This document shows, in pieces, positions 9,083 through 19,272 of a stretch of DNA of 64,000 bases. The notes beneath the pieces were generated by a model, which was not told where the DNA came from, did no database searches, and worked only from the letters and a program-made list of their open reading frames with translations. Numbering within the stretch: the stretch's first letter is position 1; each line of letters opens with the position of its first letter. Source of the stretch: Bacteroidota bacterium (GTDB lineage Bacteria; Bacteroidota; Bacteroidia; NS11-12g; UBA955); the NCBI GenBank assembly GCA_027490055.1, contig JAIXYV010000040.1, forward strand, positions 17,696-81,695. The letters are read 5' to 3'. A program made the translations under genes and the position numbers.

Positions 9083-9136
9083 AACTATTAACTATTAACT
9101 ATTAACTATTAACTGATAACTATTAACTGATAACTG
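9083..9136. repeat. heptanucleotide microsatellite (AACTATT/AACTGAT), about 7.7 copies
   Basis: AACTATT x4, then AACTGAT, AACTATT, AACTGAT and a partial AACTG. Confidence 0.9.
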
Positions 9137-9162
9137 TGCTTAAGATACCAGCGGTGCCGGTA

Positions 9163-9183
9163 ATTCGTTATTCGTTATTCGTT
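9163..9183. repeat. heptanucleotide microsatellite (ATTCGTT) x 3
   Basis: Three exact copies. Confidence 0.85.
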
Positions 9184-9209
9184 GTAGTAAAACAGACGCT
9201 GGATGTATT

Positions 9210-9476
9210 TTAACATCCGCAAGGATTGTACTTTCTCACTTTACCCTTCTTGTCGCGGGTTTCTATGATGCGGCCCTTATCGTTGAATAAAATATAATTC
9301 ATCATCTTACCGTGCTTATACCTTTCACTTCTAACTATCTTACCAGAAGTGTCTCTGCATACCCAGGTGCCATGCTTCTGCTGCGCTTTATTGTACTTGC
9401 CGGTACACGACAATGAATCCAAGCCTTTTAATTCAGCTGCACTTAAAAAAAGCAGACCGATTAAAAGTGATTTCAT
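9210..9476 (-). CDS. small secreted protein with MORN-variant-like repeat, C-terminal CGC
   Basis: 88 aa with a signal peptide. Contains KHGTWVCRD..GKIVRSERYKHGK. Its ATG shares one base with the ftsH stop (TAATG). Confidence 0.4.
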   Translation of the reverse strand: MKSLLIGLLFLSAAELKGLDSLSCTGKYNKAQQKHGTWVCRDTSGKIVRSERYKHGKMMNYILFNDKGRIIETRDKKGKVRKYNPCGC

Positions 9477-11557
9477 TATTGAACTGGCGTATTGTCTTCA
9501 GTACCTGGTTCAGCAGTATCCGGAATTACAACATCGGCAGCAGGCGCATCTACAGTAGTTACTACCGTTTCTGGTGCATCGGCTTTATTGTCGCTGTCCA
9601 TGTAATTCTCGTAATTCGTTTTATGATCAAACGGACGTTTACCAACGATACTTTCAAGATCATACTGGAACAGAATTTCTTTTCTCAGTAATTCCTGAGC
9701 CAGTTTTTCAAGTTCCTCTTTTTTCTCTGTCAGTAATTGCTTGGTTCTGTCGTAAGCATTCTGGATAATACCTCTCACCTCTTGATCAATCATCTCAGAA
9801 GTCTTTTCACTGTATGGTTTGCTGTATGCAAATTCGCCGTTAGGATCGTTAAAGCTAACATGTCCTACCTTATCGTTCATACCGTAAATCGTTACCATGG
9901 CGTAAGCCATTCGGGTAACTCTTTCAAGGTCGTTCTGAGCACCAGTACTAATTTTACCGAAGATGATATCCTCAGCTGCGCGACCGCCAAGTGTCATACA
10001 CATTTCGTCGGTCAGCTGCTCTGTTCTGTAAATGTACTGTTCTTTTGGAAGGTACTGAGCATACCCTAAGGCAGCAACACCTCTGGGAACAATAGACACT
10101 TTCACCAGAGGATCTGCAAACTCGAGGAACCAACCAGCAACGGCGTGACCCGCTTCGTGGTAGGCAACAATTTTCTTTTCTTCCGGAGAAATCAGTTTAT
10201 TTTTCTTTTCAAGACCGCCGATTACGCGATCGATGGCATCCTGAAAATCTTGCATATCAATTTTATCCTTGTTATTACGGGCAGCAATCAGAGCCGCTTC
10301 GTTACATACATTGGCGATTTCAGCACCAGCAAAACCCGGAGTCTGAGCAGACAATTTTTTAGGATCTACACCTGGAGCAAGTTCTTTGCCTTGAAGGTGC
10401 ACTTTAAATATCTGTTCGCGACCAACTAAATCTGGTTTGTCGATAGAAATCTGACGATCGAAACGACCTGGTCTAAGTAAAGCTGAATCTAAAATATCCG
10501 GACGGTTAGTCGCTGCCAGAATAATGACACCACTATCGGTTCCGAAACCATCCATTTCTGTTAAGAGCTGGTTAAGGGTATTTTCGCGTTCATCGTTAGA
10601 ACCACTCACTAGGTTTTTACCTCTGGCTCTACCGATAGCATCAATCTCGTCGATGAAAATAATACAAGGTGCTTTTTCTTTTGCCTGACGGAATAAATCT
10701 CTTACACGTGAAGCACCGACACCCACAAACATCTCTACGAAGTCTGAACCCGATAAAGAGAAGAAAGGCACATTAGCTTCACCTGCCACTGCTTTAGCCA
10801 ACAAAGTTTTACCAGTACCTGGAGAACCAATTAGTAAAGCACCTTTAGGGATTTTACCACCAAGCTTGGTGTATTTTTTAGGATTTTTAAGGAAATCCAC
10901 AATCTCCATCACTTCTACTTTGGCTTCATCTAAACCTGCCACGTCTTTGAAGGTGATATTGACTTTCGTATTTTTATCAAATAAGGTTGCTTTGCTTCTT
11001 CCGATGTTAAAAATCTGACCAGGACCGCCGCCAGCGCTTCCGCCGCCACCCATTCTGCGCATCATGAAGCTCCATATCAGAACAAATATACCTATCATGA
11101 CAATCCAATAAAGGATTGAACCGGTTGTATCGTTTTCGTACTGCCAGTCGATAACCACTGCTTTAGCTTCAGGGTGTTCTAATAACAGGGCATCGTAGTT
11201 CTTATTGAAAGCTTCTTTGTTCACCTCGAAAAAGTATTGAGGCGGCTTCTGACCGATAAGCGACTGACTTTGTTTTTTAACGGCACTGTATTTCTCGTTG
11301 TCAAGTGCTTCTTTTTTCAGATACACCTTCACCATACGGTCGTTGAGAATTTCGAGGTGATCGACATCATTGCTGATGATCATTTCACGAACGGCATTCC
11401 AGTTAGATTTTTTGCCGGAGTTGCCTGGCATTAGGCTTATGATGATAAATCCCAGGAGCAGTATACCCCAAATCCAGTACATGTTGAATTTAGGCGCATT
11501 AGGCTTTCTCTCTCCGAAAGGATTGTCGTTCTTTTTGTTGTTTTGCTGATTGTCCAT
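9476..11557 (-). CDS. ftsH: ATP-dependent zinc metalloprotease FtsH
   Basis: 693 aa. Two N-terminal TM helices, Walker A GSPGTGKT, Walker [12 protein letters not shown] region and zinc motif HEAGHA. Confidence 0.95.
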   Translation of the reverse strand: MDNQQNNKKNDNPFGERKPNAPKFNMYWIWGILLLGFIIISLMPGNSGKKSNWNAVREMIISNDVDHLEILNDRMVKVYLKKEALDNEKYSAVKKQSQSLIGQKPPQYFFEVNKEAFNKNYDALLLEHPEAKAVVIDWQYENDTTGSILYWIVMIGIFVLIWSFMMRRMGGGGSAGGGPGQIFNIGRSKATLFDKNTKVNITFKDVAGLDEAKVEVMEIVDFLKNPKKYTKLGGKIPKGALLIGSPGTGKTLLAKAVAGEANVPFFSLSGSDFVEMFVGVGASRVRDLFRQAKEKAPCIIFIDEIDAIGRARGKNLVSGSNDERENTLNQLLTEMDGFGTDSGVIILAATNRPDILDSALLRPGRFDRQISIDKPDLVGREQIFKVHLQGKELAPGVDPKKLSAQTPGFAGAEIANVCNEAALIAARNNKDKIDMQDFQDAIDRVIGGLEKKNKLISPEEKKIVAYHEAGHAVAGWFLEFADPLVKVSIVPRGVAALGYAQYLPKEQYIYRTEQLTDEMCMTLGGRAAEDIIFGKISTGAQNDLERVTRMAYAMVTIYGMNDKVGHVSFNDPNGEFAYSKPYSEKTSEMIDQEVRGIIQNAYDRTKQLLTEKKEELEKLAQELLRKEILFQYDLESIVGKRPFDHKTNYENYMDSDNKADAPETVVTTVDAPAADVVIPDTAEPGTEDNTPVQ

Positions 11558-11594
11558 TAAAGTCTTATAAAAAGTGTGTCGTTTTAGTAAAGTG

Positions 11595-11602
11595 CAAATC
11601 TA
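11595..11602 (-). promoter_or_regulatory. -7 box (TAGATTTG on minus strand) upstream of ftsH
   Basis: Plus-strand caaatcta, 37 nt upstream of the ATG at 11557. Confidence 0.35.
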
Positions 11603-11649
11603 ATCAAATGTTCAATTTTATTTAAATGAAATTTTACCGTCAACTCTCT

Positions 11650-11657
11650 TATTTTTG
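11650..11657 (+). promoter_or_regulatory. -7 box TATTTTTG upstream of kbl
   Basis: Exact TAnnTTTG, 20 nt before the ATG at 11678. Confidence 0.4.
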
Positions 11658-11677
11658 CAAAAAATATTCCATAAAAT

Positions 11678-12874
11678 ATGTACGGCAATTTGCAACAACA
11701 ACTTCAAGACGAAATATCCCGCATTAAGGAAGCAGGATTGTACAAAAAGGAAAGAATCATTGTATCGCCACAGGGCGCAGACATTAGACTTAACGATGGC
11801 AAAGAGGTAATAAATTTCTGCGCCAATAACTACCTTGGTTTAAGCAGCCATCCACGTGTTATCGAGTCTGCCAAAAAGTCATTGGACACCCATGGCTTCG
11901 GCATGAGCAGTGTTCGTTTTATCTGTGGCACACAAGACATTCACAAAACGCTTGAGGCCCGTATAGCAAGCTTCTACGATACCGAGGACACCATTTTATA
12001 CGCTGCTGCATTTGATGCAAACGGCGGTGTGTTCGAGCCATTGTTTGATGAGCAGGATGCCATTATTTCAGATTCATTAAACCACGCTTCTATCATCGAT
12101 GGGGTGAGGTTGTGTAAAGCTGCCAGATACCGTTATAACAACAACGATATGGAAGATCTGGAAAAGCAGCTAATAGCGGCCAATGCTGCAGGTCACAGAA
12201 ATAAAATCATCGTTACAGATGGTGTTTTTAGCATGGATGGTTACGTGGCACAATTAGACAAAATCGTTGCTTTAGCCGACAAATACAATACCCTAACCAT
12301 GGTAGACGAATGTCATGCTGCCGGATTTATCGGAAAAACTGGCAAAGGCACACCAGAATATTGTGGTGTACATGGCAAAATAGACATCATTACCGGCACA
12401 CTTGGCAAAGCATTAGGTGGTGCGATGGGTGGTTATACCACAGGCAGAAAAGAAGTTATCGAAATGCTTCGTCAGCGCTCCAGACCCTATTTGTTCTCTA
12501 ATTCATTAGCGCCGGCTATTGTTGCTGCAAGTATTGAAGTATTCGACATCCTGAGCGAATCAACTGAACTAAGAGACAAACTGGAAGAGAATGTTAAATA
12601 CTTTAAAGCTGGTGTTAAAGCAGCTGGATTTGATTTCAAAGACGGCAACAGTGCCATCGTTCCTATCATGTTATACGACGCGAAACTCAGTCAGGTAATG
12701 GCCGACAAACTTCTGGATGAAGGCATTTATGTGATTGGCTTCTTCTACCCTGTTGTTCCTAAAGACCAGGCAAGAATCAGAGTACAGTTATCTGCCGCTC
12801 ACGAAAAACATCACCTTGATAAAGCCATTGCTGCCTTCACGAAAGTGGGCAAAGAACTAGGCGTTATTAAGTAA
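11678..12874 (+). CDS. kbl: glycine C-acetyltransferase (2-amino-3-ketobutyrate CoA ligase)
   Basis: 398 aa. Appears collinear with E. coli Kbl from memory ([57 protein letters not shown]-lysine region). Confidence 0.88.
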   Translation: MYGNLQQQLQDEISRIKEAGLYKKERIIVSPQGADIRLNDGKEVINFCANNYLGLSSHPRVIESAKKSLDTHGFGMSSVRFICGTQDIHKTLEARIASFYDTEDTILYAAAFDANGGVFEPLFDEQDAIISDSLNHASIIDGVRLCKAARYRYNNNDMEDLEKQLIAANAAGHRNKIIVTDGVFSMDGYVAQLDKIVALADKYNTLTMVDECHAAGFIGKTGKGTPEYCGVHGKIDIITGTLGKALGGAMGGYTTGRKEVIEMLRQRSRPYLFSNSLAPAIVAASIEVFDILSESTELRDKLEENVKYFKAGVKAAGFDFKDGNSAIVPIMLYDAKLSQVMADKLLDEGIYVIGFFYPVVPKDQARIRVQLSAAHEKHHLDKAIAAFTKVGKELGVIK

Positions 12875-12886
12875 ATTATTACAGTA

Positions 12887-12918
12887 ACAAAAAACCCGGT
12901 GAAAGCCGGGTTTTTTTT
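12887..12918. terminator. bidirectional intrinsic terminator between kbl and the heme-binding-domain gene
   Basis: aaaaacccggtgaaagccgggtttttttt: GC stem cccgg/ccggg flanked by an A-run and a T-run. Confidence 0.75.
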
Positions 12919-13417
12919 ATTTCTTAGGTTTTTCGAGACTGTCTTTCGGATAGTGCAGCGACATAGAATCGCGCAGCGCTTTGCTCCAGTTAATCAGTAT
13001 CTCTTTCTGATTGGCATCTAATTTAGCTTCACTATGTGCCAGTGTGTAGGAGGTCATTGGCATCTCCCCTTCCTGAATTACCTCATCAATTTCCTCCAGC
13101 TTGTGATACTGACGGTATGGACGGTAAGACATGAACTCATCAAAGTTTAAATGCTTCTTCCCATCTTTCACATGATCAGCTAACCACCAGGCCACAGGCT
13201 GAACATTAGAATACCAAGGGTACTTGGTGGTATTGCTATGACAATCCATACAGGCATTGTCCAAAATCACTTTTACTCGCTCAGGCACAGGATAAGCCGT
13301 TGCAATTGACTGTGTGGCATTGCCACTCACATTCTGCTCAGGTTTAAAAAACTGAATAGCAATCAGCATTAAGCCAAGAATGATTCCAATAGTTTTAAAG
13401 AATTTTTTATTAAACAT
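12917..13417 (-). CDS. heme-binding domain-containing protein (Haem_bd-like, CxxCH)
   Basis: 166 aa with an N-terminal TM helix. Contains CMDCHSNTTKYPWYSNVQPVAWW, the motif block of the cytochrome-like Haem_bd family. Confidence 0.6.
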   Translation of the reverse strand: MFNKKFFKTIGIILGLMLIAIQFFKPEQNVSGNATQSIATAYPVPERVKVILDNACMDCHSNTTKYPWYSNVQPVAWWLADHVKDGKKHLNFDEFMSYRPYRQYHKLEEIDEVIQEGEMPMTSYTLAHSEAKLDANQKEILINWSKALRDSMSLHYPKDSLEKPKK

Positions 13418-13421
13418 TCCA

Positions 13422-13429
13422 CAAATTTA
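13422..13429 (-). promoter_or_regulatory. -7 box (TAAATTTG on minus strand), 4 nt before the ATG at 13417
   Basis: Plus-strand caaattta. Spacer is 4 nt. Confidence 0.45.
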
Positions 13430-13472
13430 CTCTATTCGATTTGAAAAAAAGAAATTACCAAACTGTTAAGTA

Positions 13473-15293
13473 TCAGTAATTGACTTCCTGCTCCTTCAAT
13501 CCATCTCCACGCAAAATACGGAAACGCTTACGGGCTTCGGCAATAAACAAGCTTCCGGTGTAGTTCAACACAATCATTTCGTAAATCTTTTTGGCTTTAG
13601 CCGTATCATTGAGCTTGAATTCGTATAAGTGTGCCAGATTAATCAGGGCATTATCTGACAGGATGTCAAAACTAAAATCTTTTGAAATGCGCAGATACAA
13701 TTGTTCAGCCATCAGGTAGTCTGATTTTTGCTCATAAATCAATGCCTTGGCAAAATATATTTCATCTGTAAGGGTATGCCCAGGGAATAGCTCTGGAATA
13801 GACTCCAGAATTTTAAGTGCATCATCCGGCTTATTCTGAAAGATCAGGAGTTCGGCATTGGCGTAAAGCTTCAGGGCCTCGTCTGTACTATCCAAACCCA
13901 GGTTATCCTGAATGATCAGCCACAATCTCATAGCGTTATTACTGATGAGTTGTGTGGTGGCTCCTTTTAGTACATCGAGCTGAGTTTGCGCCCATTCGAA
14001 ATCGCCTCTGAAATAACACAGGCGGGCATATCTGTAGCGGGCTTCCTGACCGATAGCGTCGTTGGTGAAGAGCTTCTCCACTTGTTTATAGAGCAAATCC
14101 GCTTCCCATGGATCGCCAGTTATCAGCATAGCATCACCAAGATTCAGTTTGCACTGAGCCATTAGTTTCGAGTTAATGCCTGGCATCGAAATGGCTTTAT
14201 TCAGTTGCTCAATACCTTTCTGAGGTAAATGAATGTAGTAAATATACAATTCGGCCAGATCCTTCATTTGCTCTGCAGTCTGCCAGTTGTAGCCATTGAC
14301 ATTTAAATAGTTTAGAAATTCGAATTCCAGACTCTTCAGTTGTTCCGGCGAACCACCATTTTCTGTTCTGACACGCAGCATACCGCAGGTAAGAATCCCT
14401 TGCTGAGCTTGAAAATAATAGCGTTTATCCTGACCAAGCAACTTAACATACTCAAAACATTTAACGGCCATATCGTAGACCTCGTTAGTAATCAGAATGC
14501 TACTGAGTTCCATCACCCTCTTACCTTCTTCTTTCAAGCGTTTATCAATCGCTTTTGTCTGAATGAAAGCCCCATTCCAGTCGCGCTGCTGGGTAAACGA
14601 CCAAACCAGCATATCATTATAAGACAGATTATCTGGTTCTTTTTGAAGTTTTAAAAGAAGAACAGAACTTAGCATCTTGTAGTTCTCGTTGTTCTTGTAG
14701 GCCATGATCAGTCTGTTTTTGATTTCATCCAGCATGTACTCGTATATGCCGGCCATGCTAACCAGTTCTTCAGTCGCTTCATTAATTTTACCTGACTGAA
14801 AATAGAGTTCGGAGAGGTTGTAGGCAAAGAGCGATTTATCGTTAAGACGGTTACGGGCATTTACATAGGATTGAATCGCCTGTTCGAAGAAACGTCTTTT
14901 TAGAAAGCCATTAGCGAGAATATCGATTTCATCAGAATTGTATAATTTTAATTCTGTTAGGTCCTTAAATAGCTCATCACGCTTCTGAGTTAAGCCTTGC
15001 AAGTGAAACAGATACGCTTTATCAACCTGGTAACTGTATTGAGAAGGGTACTTTTTTATACGTTTATCCAGCAGCTTTTCGGCCGACTTAAAATCCTTGA
15101 TTAGCACATAACATTGTAGAAGATTTTCGTAGAAATAGACCGATTCAGGCTGTTTCCGCGCCAGGTCCTCGTATAGATCGGCTGCTTTTGCGTAGTCTTT
15201 ATCGGAGAAATACTGTGCTGCGAGCTTTTCGTCAGTAGATTGTGCAAATGTGCTGAAAGCACTGAAAAATAAGATGACTAAGGCGAGCCGCAT
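13473..15293 (-). CDS. secreted tetratricopeptide repeat protein
   Basis: 606 aa with a signal peptide. Numerous TPR-like helix pairs (AAQYFSDKDYAKAADLYEDLA, etc.). Confidence 0.6.
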   Translation of the reverse strand: MRLALVILFFSAFSTFAQSTDEKLAAQYFSDKDYAKAADLYEDLARKQPESVYFYENLLQCYVLIKDFKSAEKLLDKRIKKYPSQYSYQVDKAYLFHLQGLTQKRDELFKDLTELKLYNSDEIDILANGFLKRRFFEQAIQSYVNARNRLNDKSLFAYNLSELYFQSGKINEATEELVSMAGIYEYMLDEIKNRLIMAYKNNENYKMLSSVLLLKLQKEPDNLSYNDMLVWSFTQQRDWNGAFIQTKAIDKRLKEEGKRVMELSSILITNEVYDMAVKCFEYVKLLGQDKRYYFQAQQGILTCGMLRVRTENGGSPEQLKSLEFEFLNYLNVNGYNWQTAEQMKDLAELYIYYIHLPQKGIEQLNKAISMPGINSKLMAQCKLNLGDAMLITGDPWEADLLYKQVEKLFTNDAIGQEARYRYARLCYFRGDFEWAQTQLDVLKGATTQLISNNAMRLWLIIQDNLGLDSTDEALKLYANAELLIFQNKPDDALKILESIPELFPGHTLTDEIYFAKALIYEQKSDYLMAEQLYLRISKDFSFDILSDNALINLAHLYEFKLNDTAKAKKIYEMIVLNYTGSLFIAEARKRFRILRGDGLKEQEVNY

Positions 15294-15298
15294 GCAGA

Positions 15299-15306
15299 CA
15301 AATTTA
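15299..15306 (-). promoter_or_regulatory. -7 box (TAAATTTG on minus strand), 5 nt before the ATG at 15293
   Basis: Plus-strand caaattta. Spacer is 5 nt. Confidence 0.45.
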
Positions 15307-15357
15307 ACAGATAACGATAAAAATACAATGAAAATTTTAGTTATTTATAAAAAAAAC

Positions 15358-15365
15358 TATTTTTG
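15358..15365 (+). promoter_or_regulatory. -7 box TATTTTTG upstream of anmK
   Basis: Exact TAnnTTTG, 29 nt before the ATG at 15395. Confidence 0.35.
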
Positions 15366-15394
15366 CCATCACCAAGCTTAAAATCACAGACGAA

Positions 15395-16486
15395 ATGAAA
15401 ACATACAGCGTAATTGGAATCATGTCAGGCTCATCAATGGATGGGATAGATCTGGCACATTGCAGGATCACTTCAGATAATGGACAATATTCCTATACTA
15501 TAGAAGAGTGCGAAACTTTTGAATACGACGAAATATGGAGACTCAGACTATCACAAATAAGAAAAGCTGACGCACTTGGCTATTCTAAAACGGATGTCTT
15601 TTACGGTCACTATATCGGTCACCTTATCAATAAGTTTGTCGCTAAATACAATATCAAAGCAGATCTGGTAGCCTCTCATGGTCATACTGTCTTCCATTAT
15701 CCTGAAGAGTTAATCACCCGTCAGGTTGGAGATGGTGCTTCTATGTCGGCCATTTGTCATTTGCCAGTTGTCACTGATTTCAGAAGTATGGACGTGGCCA
15801 AAAAAGGTCAGGGCGCCCCATTGGTAGCGATTGGCGACCAGATGTTTTTTGACGAATATGATTTTTGTTTGAATCTGGGCGGATTTGCTAATATTTCTGG
15901 AAAGATTGGCGAGTTCAGAGTATCTTTCGATATCTGTCCAGCTAATATTTTATTAAACAGAGTTGCCCGCGATTTAAATCAGGAATACGATCACGATGGC
16001 GAAATTGCTTCTCAGGGAACCATCAACTACAAACTGCTTGAAAACCTGAATAACATCGACTATTATGGCATGCCATTTCCGAAGTCACTGAACAGAGACT
16101 GGATCAACAACGAATTGTGGCAGATTGTTAAAGAAGGTGATAAATTAACGCCTCAGGACAAAATGAAAACCTTTGTCGACCACATAGGCATTCAGATTTC
16201 TAAGAGTCTGGATTACCTGAGTGCTAAAAAATCAGCTGGTAAAAAAGTACTGGTAACTGGTGGTGGCGCTTTCAATACCGTGTTAATGGACCATATCAGA
16301 ACACACAGTGAAGCTGAATTTATAGTACCAGATGCTAAACTGGTAAAATACAAAGAAGCTTTAGTCTTTGCTTTGATGGGTGTTATGCGCGTTGAGAACC
16401 AGGTTAACATTATAAAAACCTTTACCGGAGCGAAATCTAATAGTATCAGTGGCGCTTTAAACGGCGACTTCAGCAAACTGTTATAA
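15395..16486 (+). CDS. anmK: anhydro-N-acetylmuramic acid kinase
   Basis: 363 aa. N-terminal GIMSGSSMDGIDLA and the later GGGAFN motif are typical of AnmK. Confidence 0.85.
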   Translation: MKTYSVIGIMSGSSMDGIDLAHCRITSDNGQYSYTIEECETFEYDEIWRLRLSQIRKADALGYSKTDVFYGHYIGHLINKFVAKYNIKADLVASHGHTVFHYPEELITRQVGDGASMSAICHLPVVTDFRSMDVAKKGQGAPLVAIGDQMFFDEYDFCLNLGGFANISGKIGEFRVSFDICPANILLNRVARDLNQEYDHDGEIASQGTINYKLLENLNNIDYYGMPFPKSLNRDWINNELWQIVKEGDKLTPQDKMKTFVDHIGIQISKSLDYLSAKKSAGKKVLVTGGGAFNTVLMDHIRTHSEAEFIVPDAKLVKYKEALVFALMGVMRVENQVNIIKTFTGAKSNSISGALNGDFSKLL

Positions 16487-16550
16487 TTTGTTTATGTCAC
16501 ACTTTTAGGTTATATTCGTCTATTGACTTAAAACCTAATTTGTATTTATC

Positions 16551-17108
16551 ATGAAATTTAACCGTTTATTCCTCTTTGTATTTTGTGCATTTAGCTTAAT
16601 GTCAACTTCTTGCAAAAAAGAAAGTCCGACTGAGATTGAACTCGAGTACCCTATCATTTTTCCTGATTTAATGGAGATTGATGTAAAAAGTGTCGATTCA
16701 TTTGTCATCAGAGAGTCAAATGATTTTCCGACCGCATTGGATGGAGAATTAGCCAAACACAATACCAATAAATCTAAAATCAAATCTGCTAAACTAACTT
16801 TTATGCGTTTACAGGTGATGGATTATGCCTTTGCAGATTCTACTAAATATTCTGACTTCGGTTACATCTCTGAATTGATGATGGATATAAAGAAAGACGG
16901 TTTAGGTCAGGCGCTCATTGCCAAAAAGAGCATTCCGAATATGCGCACCAAAGCCGTGAACCTGGATCTGGAGAACGTAGAGTTAAAAGACTACCTGCAG
17001 CAAGAGACCTTCAAAATGGTATTTAAATACAAGAAGCGCAAAGCCATGCCTAACGACATGCCTTATGTGATTACACTTAAATTTAAAATCATTGCCGATC
17101 CAATCTAA
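16551..17108 (+). CDS. hypothetical lipoprotein
   Basis: 185 aa. Signal peptide with lipobox (MSTSC). No recognisable domain. Confidence 0.4.
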   Translation: MKFNRLFLFVFCAFSLMSTSCKKESPTEIELEYPIIFPDLMEIDVKSVDSFVIRESNDFPTALDGELAKHNTNKSKIKSAKLTFMRLQVMDYAFADSTKYSDFGYISELMMDIKKDGLGQALIAKKSIPNMRTKAVNLDLENVELKDYLQQETFKMVFKYKKRKAMPNDMPYVITLKFKIIADPI

Positions 17109-17293
17109 TTGATCGGATAAATTTCATTTCCTTTTTTATTTTTAAGCAAATAGCTTTCAATCTCTTGTTAGAATTGACATGGAGCATTGTGTCATGAGCC
17201 TTTTCTGATGCAGAAGAGGTTCAAAAAAAATGGCTGACTTATGTCATTTATTGGGAATAAATCAATATTATTGCCAATCAATAAATAATAATT

Positions 17294-19225
17294 ATGAGTG
17301 ATCAAGCTACTAAAGGACATCCTAAAGGGTTGTATGTTTTATTTGTCACTGAGATGTGGGAACGTTTCAGTTACTACGGCATGAGAGCACTGTTTGTGCT
17401 GTTTATGACCAAAGCCTTGTTATTTGACAAAGCCTTCGGTTCTCAGGTGTATGGCAGTTATACCGGATTGGTATACTTAACCCCATTGATTGGTGGTTAC
17501 ATGGCTGACAGATACTGGGGTAACCGCAAGTCTATCATCGTAGGGGGTGTTTTAATGGCCGCTGGACAGTTCTTTATGTTCCTGGCAGGTACCTTCTTCC
17601 AGCAGATAGATTTCGCCAGCATGATGATGTACATCGGATTAACCTTCCTTATCTTAGGTAATGGTTTTTTCAAACCAAACATCAGTACCATGGTGGGTCA
17701 GCTTTACCCTCAGGGTGATAAACGCGTCGACTCAGCTTTCACTATCTTCTATATGGGTATTAACCTTGGAGCCTTTATCGCGCCATTATTGTGCGGTTAT
17801 TTAGGCGACACTGGCAATCCTGCTGATTTCAGATGGGGTTTCCTGGCTGCTTGTGTAGGGATGATCTTAAGTTTAGTATTATTCATCTTCCTTAAAAATA
17901 AATACATTGTTACACCAGAAGGTGAGCAAATCGGTATGGCGCCTAACAAGGCCCGTATGGAAACTGTAGAAGTAGATACAGCTGGTGAAGTTAAAAAGAC
18001 CTTCCCGCTCTCTACCATCATCATCTGGGGTGGTATCTGTGTGGCTTTATTTGCCTTCTTTAAACTCTATATGGAAATGGACATCATCGGATGTTTCATT
18101 TTCTCTTTAACGATATCAGCACCTGGTTTAATTATCTCTGACCCAAGTTTAACAAAAGTAGAGAAACAAAGAATCTGGGTAATTTATATCGTTGCCTTCT
18201 TTGTTATCTTCTTCTGGTCGGCTTTCGAACAGGCAGGTGCCTCTTTAACTTACTTTGCTGAAGAGCAAACCAACAGAACCTTGTTTGGCAAAACCATTCC
18301 AACTTCTTATTTCCAAAGTATCAATGCGGTTGCGATTGTAATTTTCGCACCATTGTTTGTATGGCTATGGGGTGGCTTAGGTAAACGCAATATGGAGCCA
18401 GCTTCTCCTTTTAAACAATCAATTGGTTTATTCTTGTTAGCTTTAGGTTACTTAGTAATCGCCATGGGTGTTCAGGGCATCAATCCAAGCACTAAACTAT
18501 CTATGATCTGGCTGGTGAGCTTGTATACTATTCACACTTTTGGTGAATTGTGTTTATCGCCAATCGGCTTGTCAATGGTTAACAAACTTGCTCCGGTTAA
18601 ATTAGCCTCATTATTAATGGGTGTATGGTTCCTTTCTACTGCTGCTGCCAACAAATTTGCAGGTACATTGAGTGAACTATATCCTGAAGAAGTTAAATTA
18701 GAGAAATCATTTAACAAAAATACAACACCAGAAATCATGGCCATGCTTAACGCTCAGGTCATCGATACCAATACCTGGAAGTTAGACCCAACTGGCAATA
18801 CTCAAATCGCTTATGCCAGCATTTCATTGAGCAAAACGAACAAAGACAGTAAGTCAGCAGACAGCATCACCAATGTTAGCATTGATTCTGTAAAGAAAGA
18901 CATTTCAGTGTATGCTTTAAAAGTGATTAAGAGCAATAACAGAAACTTCAACCGAGTGATTATGACAGATGTTAAAGATGGCGACAACAGCTATCCGGCT
19001 ATCATTACGCACGATTCAGTGGAAGTTGTTGTAAACAGAGTATCTACCAAGAAAGAAGTGGTTCAGGTTTGGAATTTAAAACCTAAAAAACCAAGCTTCC
19101 TGGGCATGCAGATTAACACTTTATACGACTTCTTTATGTTGTTCGTGTATATGGCTGGTATAGCATCTATCATCTTATTCTTCTTATCTAAGAAGCTATT
19201 GAGCATGATGGGTGGTGTCCGATAG
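17294..19225 (+). CDS. proton-dependent oligopeptide transporter (POT/PTR2 family) with large C-terminal loop insertion
   Basis: 643 aa. Contains the ExxERFxYYG motif (TEMWERFSYYGMR), the PTR2 signature GGYMADRYWG, and multiple TM helices. Confidence 0.9.
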   Translation: MSDQATKGHPKGLYVLFVTEMWERFSYYGMRALFVLFMTKALLFDKAFGSQVYGSYTGLVYLTPLIGGYMADRYWGNRKSIIVGGVLMAAGQFFMFLAGTFFQQIDFASMMMYIGLTFLILGNGFFKPNISTMVGQLYPQGDKRVDSAFTIFYMGINLGAFIAPLLCGYLGDTGNPADFRWGFLAACVGMILSLVLFIFLKNKYIVTPEGEQIGMAPNKARMETVEVDTAGEVKKTFPLSTIIIWGGICVALFAFFKLYMEMDIIGCFIFSLTISAPGLIISDPSLTKVEKQRIWVIYIVAFFVIFFWSAFEQAGASLTYFAEEQTNRTLFGKTIPTSYFQSINAVAIVIFAPLFVWLWGGLGKRNMEPASPFKQSIGLFLLALGYLVIAMGVQGINPSTKLSMIWLVSLYTIHTFGELCLSPIGLSMVNKLAPVKLASLLMGVWFLSTAAANKFAGTLSELYPEEVKLEKSFNKNTTPEIMAMLNAQVIDTNTWKLDPTGNTQIAYASISLSKTNKDSKSADSITNVSIDSVKKDISVYALKVIKSNNRNFNRVIMTDVKDGDNSYPAIITHDSVEVVVNRVSTKKEVVQVWNLKPKKPSFLGMQINTLYDFFMLFVYMAGIASIILFFLSKKLLSMMGGVR

Positions 19226-19244
19226 TCTTACCATTAAAGATCAT

Positions 19245-19272
19245 AAAAAAGGGGCTTAAAAGCCCCTTTTTT
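19245..19272. terminator. bidirectional intrinsic terminator between the POT gene and the ECF sigma gene
   Basis: aaaaaaggggcttaaaagcccctttttt: 6-bp GC stem flanked by an A-run and a T-run. Confidence 0.8.

Noticed and set aside
8988-9183. Possible CRISPR array
   Set aside because: The units are 7 nt and directly tandem, with no spacers, and no cas genes are in the window. These are microsatellites, not CRISPR repeats.
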